Assembly (NCBI GenBank): GCA_963748215.1
Contig: CAVVHS010000008.1
Span: 224,001-288,000, forward strand
Direction of reading: 5' to 3'
From: an uncultured Gammaproteobacteria bacterium
GTDB taxonomy: Bacteria > Pseudomonadota > Gammaproteobacteria > UBA9214
DNA: 64,000 bases
Each line of letters opens with the position of its first letter. Position 1 is the first letter of the stretch. This document shows positions 10,766 through 18,891 of this stretch, piece after piece. Made by a program: the position numbers and the translations under genes. The notes under the pieces were generated by a model. The model had not been told where the DNA came from. It did no database searches and saw nothing but the letters and a program-made list of their open reading frames with translations.

Positions 10766-10975
10766 CCTTAAATTCTGAGGCTACTTCCGATTCCGACCCG
10801 AAACGGACGTACAGTTAGTATCAAGCGAGCAGAAAGTTCTGGCCGATCCTGTTCCTGGGACGGTGGCTTTAGGTGTTATCCTGTTGATCGCGACTGGTAT
10901 GAGTGAGTCAAGTTTCGGGCAAAACCGAGGGTCTGCACAAACGAGGGTGTGAAGTGTGTTGCTAATAGTGGCCTG

Positions 10976-12238
10976 ATGGAAGTGGATACAGAATATTTCT
11001 TGGCGCTGGTCGAGGCTTTGGGGATTGGCCTTCTGATTGGTGTCGAGCGCGAGCAGCAAGCGCACAGATCAGGCGAGCAAGCCTCGGCGGGTGTGCGAAC
11101 CTTCACCCTGGCGTCGCTTGTCGGTGCACTCAGCATTCTGGCGGGCGGTGTGCCGCTCCTGGCTGTTGCGGTAGTGATTGTAGGGGCTGTCCGCATTGTC
11201 TCAGTCGTGGTGCGAAGCGACCCGACGGCCGGGCTAACCACAAGCCTTGCGCTTGTCGCGGTCGTGCTGCTGGGTGCGCTTGCCGTAGAAACAGCGACGA
11301 TGGCAGCAGGTGTTGCGGTGGTCATTGCCTCGCTTCTAGCCGCCCGCGAAGTCTTGCACAGTTTTAGCCGGACGGTGTTGACAGCGGTCGAATTGCGCGA
11401 CGGACTTATCCTTGGGGTCTCGATTCTGGTGATCCTGCCGGTCCTGCCCAACCTCGATTTCGGTCCGGGTGGCGCGCTGAACCCGCGCAATCTGTTCATC
11501 ATCGTCGTGCTTATCATGTTGATCGGTGCCGCGGGTCACATCGCGACGCGAGTCGTCGGTGCTCGCCTCGGCCTGCCGCTCAGCGGTTTCCTGTCGGGCT
11601 TCGTGTCGAGCACGGCCACGATCGCCGAACTCGGTCGGCGTGCCAGCGACAAGCCGGACGAGGCGCGCAGCGCTTCCGCGGGGGCGACGCTGTCCTCTGT
11701 GTCGTCGTTGATCCAGATCGGAATCATCCTGTTGTTATTGAGCCCGGCGATGTTTATCGACGGGATGCCGGTCCTGATCGGGGCCGGGCTGGCGGCGGGT
11801 CTTTACGGAGCGGCGACTTTCTTCCTGTCGCTGTATGGCGGAACGAAGCCTGCGGTGCTGGAATTGCCGTCTCAGGTCTTTTCGGTCAATGGTGCTGTTA
11901 AGTTCATGCTAATCGTGGCGTTTGTGATGCTCGTTTCGGCAATTCTCAGTGACCGTTTCGGAAGCGACGCCATACTCCCTGCCGTGGCGCTCGCCGGTCT
12001 GGTAAGCACTAATGCTGCGGCCGTCGCACTCGCCTCACTCGTGGCCGCGGGGCAGATATCCCCCATTCATGGCACCTTGCCTCTGGCTGCCGCGCTGAGC
12101 GCGAACACGGTCGTGCGGCTCTGGATATCCGTGCGCGCCAGCGAATCATCCTACCGCTGGGCCGTGTCCGGTGGCCTTGTGCTCCAACTGGCGGCGCTCT
12201 GGGCCGCCTGGTGGCTGAGCGGCCTGATCCTGGCCTAG
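10976..12238 (+). CDS. MgtC/SapB + DUF4010 membrane protein
   Basis: GLLIGVERE, AGVRTF, GLTT, SGFVSSTAT motifs; many TM helices. Confidence 0.88.
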   Translation: MEVDTEYFLALVEALGIGLLIGVEREQQAHRSGEQASAGVRTFTLASLVGALSILAGGVPLLAVAVVIVGAVRIVSVVVRSDPTAGLTTSLALVAVVLLGALAVETATMAAGVAVVIASLLAAREVLHSFSRTVLTAVELRDGLILGVSILVILPVLPNLDFGPGGALNPRNLFIIVVLIMLIGAAGHIATRVVGARLGLPLSGFLSGFVSSTATIAELGRRASDKPDEARSASAGATLSSVSSLIQIGIILLLLSPAMFIDGMPVLIGAGLAAGLYGAATFFLSLYGGTKPAVLELPSQVFSVNGAVKFMLIVAFVMLVSAILSDRFGSDAILPAVALAGLVSTNAAAVALASLVAAGQISPIHGTLPLAAALSANTVVRLWISVRASESSYRWAVSGGLVLQLAALWAAWWLSGLILA

Positions 12239-12458
12239 TTAGCGACCTGCCCATTGGTTGCGGCCCTATTCACGCGCCGAGCTGGAAGCTGCCAGGCAGG
12301 ACACCGGACGCCATTCAGTGCAAGCTATTCGTTATTCAATGTCGCAGGACCGGCTATCTACTGCCGTAAAAAATGCTGAGAGCCTGGGCGTCAGGTAAAT
12401 GTGAACAAGAACCAAGCAACCTGTAGCGAGACAACATTTTAGTCTGTATATCTGCTTG

Positions 12459-12518
12459 TGGCCGGAATAAGACCTGGCTGCTGAATCCATTGGGAGGATT
12501 AGCCGTACTTCTGAAACC
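12459..12518 (+). repeat. ~60-bp direct repeat, copy 1 (copy 2 at 15680-15739)
   Basis: tggccggaa(t/a)aagacctggctgctgaatccattgggaggattagc(c/t)gtacttctg(a/t)aacc. Confidence 0.9.
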
Positions 12519-12607
12519 GACCCAAAGTTGCAGTTCCCGTTAGTCCTGGAAACGGCGGAAAAGCACTGTAGTCGGTCATTCAGATTAAGGCGGCTATCGG
12601 TAGCGAC

Positions 12608-12660
12608 TGGACTTCCCCCGGTCTAGTGGACACCTCCAGCTTATAACGCTCATATTTGCC
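12608..12660 (-). mobile_element. Probable IS3-family terminal remnant
   Basis: TGGACTTCCCCCGGTCTAGTGGACAC resembles IS3-family TG...CA ends; no transposase ORF remains. Confidence 0.45.
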
Positions 12661-12772
12661 AGCTAGGACTGGAGCAAAATAGCCTGCCATAGACCTCCTT
12701 TTTATCTATATATCGACAAGGGGCGGGACATATGGGCCTCATGCTTAGCTGGAAACGGAATGGAGCGTACTG

Positions 12773-13165
12773 ATGAGTTGGCCAAGAGCACTTGCGACAT
12801 GGCTTCTGATAGTTGTTGCCGAATCAATCCACGGCACTATCCGACAGATCTTCATTATGCCCGTGATAGGCGACCTGCCAGCGCGCCAGGCTGGGGTTTT
12901 TATCGGGTCAGCCATCATCTTCGCAATCGCGTGGATTTGTATACGCTGGATCGGTGCCAGATCGTTTGGGGAACAACTTGAGGTTGGCCTGCTGTGGGTG
13001 GTCCTCATTGTCGTCTTTGAGTTCAGCCTGGGAACTGCTCTAGGCTATACACACGAGCGCATGCTTGCTGACTACAAGCTTGCGGAGGGTGGTTTTATGG
13101 GCCTTGGCTTGCTGTTCATGCTATTTGCTCCTGCGCTGGCGGCCAGGGCACGTGGCGTTGGCTAG
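12773..13165 (+). CDS. Small four-helix membrane protein
   Basis: GGAG RBS, four hydrophobic segments, G..W..L...FEF..G...G.....MLADY pattern. Confidence 0.8.
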   Translation: MSWPRALATWLLIVVAESIHGTIRQIFIMPVIGDLPARQAGVFIGSAIIFAIAWICIRWIGARSFGEQLEVGLLWVVLIVVFEFSLGTALGYTHERMLADYKLAEGGFMGLGLLFMLFAPALAARARGVG

Positions 13166-13218
13166 CGATTCGCTCACTTAAACATTGATACGGCTTATTC
13201 CTGAGAAGGAGTTGCGCA

Positions 13219-14325
13219 ATGCTTACTCGAAGAAAATTCATTATTTCCGCAACGTCGGCCGTAGGCGGCTTGGCGGTTCTGCAGGCATGTTCATCGGGAA
13301 CGCGTGCTGAAACGTACGAAGAGGCCGTGCGCAGAACCTGGCATCCTGACAAGCAGGACATGGCTGATGGCTCTGCTCTCCAGCGCGAACTCGTACGCTA
13401 CGCCACGCTCGCACCATCGAGCCACAACACCCAATGCTGGAAGTTTCGCATCGAGGCGCGTGCGATTTCTATATTGCCTGATCTTTTGCGTCGATGCCCT
13501 GTAGTCGATCCGGATGATCACCACCTTTTCGTATCGCTCGGGTGCGCAGCCGAGAACTTGATACAAGCAGCGCTGGCTAACGGTTTGAAAGGGGATTCAA
13601 GCTTTGATCCATCAGCAGGGGGAGTGCTAAGGGTCAATGTAGAGCCGACCAAGGCAGTCGTTACCCCGCTCTTTCGGGCGATAACCGAGCGGCAATGCAC
13701 GCGTGCCGAGTACGACGGAAAACGCCTGACCAGGGAAGAATTGGGCCTGCTCGAGCAGGCCGGCACCGGAAAGGGCATTCGAGTGATGCTCCTCACCGAA
13801 CCCACCACGCTGGAAAATGTCCTCGAATATGTCGTTCAAGGCAATACAGCTCAATTGAACGATCGCGCATTCATCGATGAATTGAAGGCGTGGATTCGTT
13901 TCAATAGTGGCGAGGCAGTTCGAACCGGGGATGGACTGTACTCAGCATCATCGGGTAATCCGTCGTTGCCAACATGGCTGGGCAGCCGGCTCTTCAATTT
14001 GTTCGTTACGCCAAAGAGCGAAAACGAGAAATATGCGAAGCAAATGCGCAGCTCAGCCGGAATCGCGGTTTTTGTTTCGGACGCCGAAGACAGGGCCCAT
14101 TGGCTCGAAGTAGGACGTTGCTATGAGCGCTTTGCCCTGCAGGCGGCAGCATTGGGGATACGCAACGCATTTCTCAACCAGCCCGTCGAAGTGTCGACGC
14201 TGCGACCGCAGTTTGCGGCTTTTCTGGGTATTGGTGGGCGCAGGCCCGATCTTGTCGTTCGCTTCGGCCGAGGTCCGAAGATGCCTCAGTCACTGCGACG
14301 CCCGTTACAAACAGTGCTGGTTTGA
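13219..14325 (+). CDS. Tat-signal Acg-family FMN-binding nitroreductase-like protein
   Basis: TRRKF twin-arginine signal, LAPSSHNTQCW, SLGCAAEN, NQPVEV, RFGRG motifs. Confidence 0.88.
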   Translation: MLTRRKFIISATSAVGGLAVLQACSSGTRAETYEEAVRRTWHPDKQDMADGSALQRELVRYATLAPSSHNTQCWKFRIEARAISILPDLLRRCPVVDPDDHHLFVSLGCAAENLIQAALANGLKGDSSFDPSAGGVLRVNVEPTKAVVTPLFRAITERQCTRAEYDGKRLTREELGLLEQAGTGKGIRVMLLTEPTTLENVLEYVVQGNTAQLNDRAFIDELKAWIRFNSGEAVRTGDGLYSASSGNPSLPTWLGSRLFNLFVTPKSENEKYAKQMRSSAGIAVFVSDAEDRAHWLEVGRCYERFALQAAALGIRNAFLNQPVEVSTLRPQFAAFLGIGGRRPDLVVRFGRGPKMPQSLRRPLQTVLV

Positions 14326-14406
14326 AACATCGAAAACCTCGCCTTTCGCATATGGATTCCCCACGGGCTGAGTCTCCTGTTAAAGGTTGAAAGTCTGCTA
14401 CCAGTA

Positions 14407-15634
14407 GGCGGGTTCAACCGGTGAGCGCAACACTTTATCTTTTCACCAAAAGATGGAGTGTATGCAATGGTTTATCGGACACGTATCAAATACACGGCGG
14501 CGCAGCGGGCGGACATCTGGGATCGCTGGCAGCGTGGTGAGTCTCTTAACTCAATAGGTCGACTATTTGATCGGCCTTCATCTTCAGTATTCAATATGTT
14601 GGCGCCGACGGGCGGCATACGTCCGCCACCACGGCGGCGATCCCGCCAGGCACTGACGCTGGCTGAACGTGAAGAGATCTCACGCGGTATTGCCTGTGAT
14701 TTATCGTTGCGGGCGATTGCTACGCGGCTGGATCGCGCGCCCTCGACTGTCAGTCGGGAAGTGAACCGCAATGGTGGTCTTCAGCATTACCGGGCCAGCC
14801 GGGCCGACCAGGCCGCCTGGGATAGAGCGCACCGTCCCAAGCCCTGTAAACTGGTGAGTGAGCCTGTACTCAGCCGACTGGTGGCGAGCAAGCTGCGGTT
14901 ACACTGGTCGCCCGAACAAATTGCAGGTTGGCTGAAGCGGGCCTACCCGGAGCACGAGAACCGTCAGGTGTCACATGAGACCATCTACAAGAGCCTGTTT
15001 ATCCAGGCCCGGGGGGCTTTGAAAAAGGAGCTGCAGCAGCACCTGAGAAGCCAACGTGCGATACGCCGTTCGAGGCATGCCAGCCAGAAAGGGGATGGAA
15101 GGGGTCAGATCAAGGATATGGTGTCCATCCGAGAACGCCCGGCGGCTGTTGAAGACCGTGCGGTACCGGGTCACTGGGAAGGCGACCTGATCATCGGCAC
15201 GAACAACAGTCAGATCGCCACGCTTGTTGAGCGCCACACGCGCTATGTGATGCTGGCCAAGGTGTCGAACAAAAACACCGAAACCGTGATCAATGCCCTG
15301 ATCAAACAAGCCCGTAAGCTACCAAGTGAACTCTACAAATCACTGACCTGGGATCGCGGTAAGGAGATGCACGATCACAAACGCTTCACGTTGGCGACCG
15401 ACATCAAGATCTACTTCTGCGACCCGAAGAGCCCGTGGCAGCGCGGCTCCAACGAGAACACCAATGGTCTGCTGAGACAGTACTTTCCCAAAGGAACCGA
15501 TTTGTCGGTACACTCTCAGGCGAAGCTGAATGCCGTGGCGCGCCAGTTAAATGAGCGGCCACGCAAGACGCTCGGATTTGAAACACCGGCAGAACGTTTT
15601 AATGCGTGTGTTGCGTCGATCGGTTGAGCTGGCA
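14407..15634 (+). mobile_element. IS30-family insertion sequence
   Basis: Imperfect 27-bp TIRs GGCGGGTTCAACCGGTGAGCGCAACAC / GTGTTGCGTCGATCGGTTGAGCTGGCA; GTA repeated on both flanks. Confidence 0.92.
14467..15627 (+). CDS. IS30-family transposase
   Basis: HTH (LSLRAIA..L.RAPSTVSRE), WSPEQIAG, SHETIY, GHWEGD, TWDRGKE, PWQRGSNENTNGLLRQY. Confidence 0.96.
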   Translation: MVYRTRIKYTAAQRADIWDRWQRGESLNSIGRLFDRPSSSVFNMLAPTGGIRPPPRRRSRQALTLAEREEISRGIACDLSLRAIATRLDRAPSTVSREVNRNGGLQHYRASRADQAAWDRAHRPKPCKLVSEPVLSRLVASKLRLHWSPEQIAGWLKRAYPEHENRQVSHETIYKSLFIQARGALKKELQQHLRSQRAIRRSRHASQKGDGRGQIKDMVSIRERPAAVEDRAVPGHWEGDLIIGTNNSQIATLVERHTRYVMLAKVSNKNTETVINALIKQARKLPSELYKSLTWDRGKEMHDHKRFTLATDIKIYFCDPKSPWQRGSNENTNGLLRQYFPKGTDLSVHSQAKLNAVARQLNERPRKTLGFETPAERFNACVASIG

Positions 15635-15679
15635 GTAGGTAAGCGGACTTTCTATGAGACATACCCGACCGGCAGTTTC

Positions 15680-15739
15680 TGGCCGGAAAAAGACCTGGCT
15701 GCTGAATCCATTGGGAGGATTAGCTGTACTTCTGTAACC
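15680..15739 (+). repeat. ~60-bp direct repeat, copy 2
   Basis: Matches 12459-12518 with three substitutions. Confidence 0.9.
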
Positions 15740-15744
15740 CATTC

Positions 15745-16761
15745 TCACTTGGTGACGCCCAATTCAATTGCGCATTGCTCAGGGTTCGTTTTGGAAGAAA
15801 GTAGCTCCGCATTTAAAAGTTCTTCAGGCGAAAGCCATTCTCGAATTTGTTTTATAGTCGTAGAGCAGCAATCCGGGCATTTCATGCGTTCTGCATACCG
15901 ATACCAGGCGTATGCTTTTTTCAGGTCCCGGGGAACCCCGTCACCCGAATAATATGTGGCCCCTAATAAGATATAGGCCTGACAATATTTGCGCTCAATT
16001 GCACCACAGAGAATCTTGTTGGCTAGTTTGGTATTGTGCTGACGCAGCTTGAAGTATGTATTGACGTTTTTCCTGTCTGTGACGAATTCCTGAAACTGAT
16101 CTATTGTCTCCTCATTTCCTTCTGTTAGTAAATATTCTAATGCTGCAGCATCATCAAACCTTTCCAGCAGTTTAATGGCGGACGATAAATCTGTTGCTGA
16201 TATATCTTCCATCACAATCGCTTTCATATGCTCCTTGAGTATTGAAAGCGTTTCTTCGGTGGAATCATGAAATGATGAAAGCTCGTGTTCTTCCCAGAAG
16301 ATTCTGGCGCAACTTTCGGGTAATTGGGCGCTTCCCGTAAAGAATTCTTCTGGACCAACGCCTCTTGTCTTTAGCTGGACATCTGTAATCAAGTAATCCT
16401 GGTCAATTGCAAGAAGAAGACAATGTATGCTGCCTTTGCCTGAATCACTGGGAAGAACGGCGAACGGCGCATAGAGCAGAAAACCAACGTCAACGCCGCC
16501 ACCGTAGTCTTTATAGATCAGATATTTCCTGCCGCTCCTTTCTCGCACTTTATCCGGGTATCCCAGTTTTTGTATAACATCGTAGATAGATGTACCAATA
16601 AGCGAATCACTGCTGTTCATTTCATGGTAGGCATCTGGTGCGGGCGCCGGAATCGTCATCGCCCAGCAGCCCGCCAGTAAGAGCATGATGATGGACAGTG
16701 TCATTATCAGTACGATTTTTACTCGCTGATGTGAGGACATGTGCTTCCGCCAGGTTGTCAT
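15745..16761 (-). CDS. AT-rich lipoprotein with a C-terminal Sel1-like repeat
   Basis: Lipobox LLAGC, DVIQKLGYPD (SmpA/OmlA-like), LGATYYSGDGVPRDLKKAYAWY. Start may be ATG 16740. Confidence 0.75.
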   Translation of the reverse strand: MTTWRKHMSSHQRVKIVLIMTLSIIMLLLAGCWAMTIPAPAPDAYHEMNSSDSLIGTSIYDVIQKLGYPDKVRERSGRKYLIYKDYGGGVDVGFLLYAPFAVLPSDSGKGSIHCLLLAIDQDYLITDVQLKTRGVGPEEFFTGSAQLPESCARIFWEEHELSSFHDSTEETLSILKEHMKAIVMEDISATDLSSAIKLLERFDDAAALEYLLTEGNEETIDQFQEFVTDRKNVNTYFKLRQHNTKLANKILCGAIERKYCQAYILLGATYYSGDGVPRDLKKAYAWYRYAERMKCPDCCSTTIKQIREWLSPEELLNAELLSSKTNPEQCAIELGVTK

Positions 16762-17187
16762 TAATCGCTGATGATCTGTATATCATACAAGATACCCATA
16801 ACTGCATAGAATGATCGCTTGTGGCTGCACCCTGAAGAGTGCCATCGCATGATGGGGTTGTCGAAGTTATGGCTTTCCGGTCGCACCCGGGAATTCTGTC
16901 GGTACAATAACGGGGTCGGACCAACGTATGGCGCTGAAGCTACTTGAGTTATCCTTTGTATCGTCGCCCCTGGAACGCTTGGGCGGCGCATTGCACAGGG
17001 GGAATGTACGATCTAACGAAACACTCCATCAGAATGACCCAGCGGCCGCGGGATACAAGTTCGCATTGGAGCGTGTTTCGTCATGTAATAGCGCTTCCCG
17101 GATGATTCTTCACCCGGTGTTTAGAGTATTTCGTTCTGCTGGGCAAATTGTTGCGTTGCTCTGACCCCGTATGTAAGCATCCAACCC

Positions 17188-17261
17188 GTTGGATGCGGTG
17201 AGTGTTACGTACCGCATCAGTCACCAAATACTGAACTGCGCCGCGCCCAGCGCATCCTGCA
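17188..17261. repeat. REP-like inverted pair (GTAGGATGCGGTGAG...ACCGCATC family); relatives at about 32377-32405 and 63461-63489
   Basis: gttggatgcggtgagtgttacgtaccgcatc ... cagcgcatcctgc. Confidence 0.55.
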
Positions 17262-17417
17262 GCGGTTACATGCCACGCATGGAATTGATCTAACACCCCG
17301 ACCGGAGAATATATCCGATCCTCTTTTCACCCCGGACCCCTGCTCCCCAGAGGGAATTTCCTGATGCCTCACCAGGGCCGGACGGTCATCGGGCAGATAG
17401 CGGCGCCGGTTATATCG

Positions 17418-17454
17418 ATAGTTTTTCTCTATGTTATTAATCTAATCAATCTAT
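17418..17454 (+). promoter_or_regulatory. OxyR-type operator upstream of DUF2061-dps
   Basis: ATAG-N7-CTAT-N7-ATct-N7-CTAT matches the oxidised-OxyR tetramer consensus; dps is a classical OxyR target. Confidence 0.8.
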
Positions 17455-17514
17455 TTAATAAATTATCATTAAGCGCCTATATTCTTTCCTGAAGCAGCAG
17501 CGAAGGAGCCCGAG

Positions 17515-17691
17515 ATGAAAAAGACGATCACATTCGCGATAGTCCATTTCATGGTGGCATTCACTGTGGGATATCTGCTTAGCGGGAGTGTCATGGTAGG
17601 CGGTGCTATCGCAGTGATCGAGCCGATGGTCAACACCGTTGCATACCACTTTCACGAGCTGGCGTGGAAGCGTAGCGAGCTGGCGGGATAG
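17515..17691 (+). CDS. DUF2061 small membrane protein (58 aa, absent from ORF track)
   Basis: AAGGAG RBS; MKKTITFAIVHFMVAFTVGYLLSGSVMVGGAIAVIEPMVNTVAYHFHELAW. Confidence 0.88.
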   Translation: MKKTITFAIVHFMVAFTVGYLLSGSVMVGGAIAVIEPMVNTVAYHFHELAWKRSELAG

Positions 17692-17742
17692 CCGCTTACC
17701 AGTACCAGTAACCAACAATTCTGTCAATCAAGGAGTTCAGTC

Positions 17743-18210
17743 ATGCAAATCGATATTGGTATTGACGAACAGAGCCGGCACGAGATTTCCCAAGGTCTGG
17801 CGAAATTACTGGCCGACAGCTACACCCTGTATCTCAAGACCCATAACTACCACTGGAACGTCACCGGGCCCATGTTCAATACCCTGCATCTGATGTTTGA
17901 ACAGCAGTACACCGAACTGGCACTCGCGGTTGATGTCATCGCAGAGCGTATCCGCGCCCTGGGTGAGGCGGCTCCGGGCTCCTACAGCGCGTACGCGAAA
18001 TTGACATCAATCGAGGAAGAAGAAGCCGTACCCGGCGCTGAAGAGATGATCAGGCAACTGGTGAAAGGTCAGGAAGCCGTGGTAAAAACTGCCCGCTCGG
18101 TTTTCCCGGCTGCTGAAGCGGCAAATGATGAACCCACAGCGGATTTGCTCACCCAGCGCATGCAGATACACGAGAAAAACGCCTGGATGCTGCGCAGCAT
18201 GCTTTCCTGA
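17743..18210 (+). CDS. dps: Dps DNA starvation/stationary-phase protection protein
   Basis: [36 protein letters not shown]. Confidence 0.96.
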   Translation: MQIDIGIDEQSRHEISQGLAKLLADSYTLYLKTHNYHWNVTGPMFNTLHLMFEQQYTELALAVDVIAERIRALGEAAPGSYSAYAKLTSIEEEEAVPGAEEMIRQLVKGQEAVVKTARSVFPAAEAANDEPTADLLTQRMQIHEKNAWMLRSMLS

Positions 18211-18225
18211 AAGGAGGCCTCGCCA

Positions 18226-18741
18226 ATGTCAGGCGTTCGTCAATTATCCGGAGTGGCTGCAAGCCCGAAAGTGCTGCGTGTGGCAGGTGTCCCGGATCTC
18301 GATGCCATCAACCGGATAATTGAACGCGCCATCATGACATGGGAACTGCCGGAAAGGGTAAAACGGCTGTCACTACCCTGCTACAGGTACAATGAACAGG
18401 ATCTGGAATCGGGCGAGCTGGTCGTTATCGAGGACAGGCAGGGTTGTATCATCGGCGTTGCCGCCTGGGAACAGGCTGCTCCCCTGGACACACCAAAGGG
18501 TTATCGCGCCTTGCAGTTGCATGGAATCTACGTAGACCCGGCGCATCAGCATGAAGGGATTGGCGGCCGGCTGATGCTTGCGGCGGAACAGGCTGCAATT
18601 CTCAATGGCTACGATGGCCTGCTGGTCAAGGCGCAGTCCGGTGCCGCCGGATTCTTCCTGGCGCAAGGCATGCAGCCCATGGAAGTGGAAGATACAAGGC
18701 GTGATTACACACATCGTTACTGGAAACCGCTGACCCGATAA
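18226..18741 (+). CDS. GNAT-family N-acetyltransferase
   Basis: IYVDPAHQHEGIGGRLM acetyl-CoA motif, A.GFF...G. Confidence 0.85.
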   Translation: MSGVRQLSGVAASPKVLRVAGVPDLDAINRIIERAIMTWELPERVKRLSLPCYRYNEQDLESGELVVIEDRQGCIIGVAAWEQAAPLDTPKGYRALQLHGIYVDPAHQHEGIGGRLMLAAEQAAILNGYDGLLVKAQSGAAGFFLAQGMQPMEVEDTRRDYTHRYWKPLTR

Positions 18742-18891
18742 CACCCTTCGCCGAAACAAAGCACAACGTCGTTCTGTCCGGTGCCATGGATTTCAGCAAT
18801 GTCTTCCGACCAATCCCGGTCATCCGTCGTTCGGGATCGAATAACGCTGCCGGCACGGGTGAGTGATCGATGGCAACCGCCGGCTGCTATC

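Noticed and set aside
16765-17165. Short ORFs at the right edge of the island
   Set aside because: Overlapping, stop-interrupted frames with no assignable product.
17300-17400. Possible riboswitch upstream of DUF2061-dps (also checked 52180-52350 and 33760-34040)
   Set aside because: No complete consensus for any riboswitch class I can recognise; an Rfam scan would be needed.
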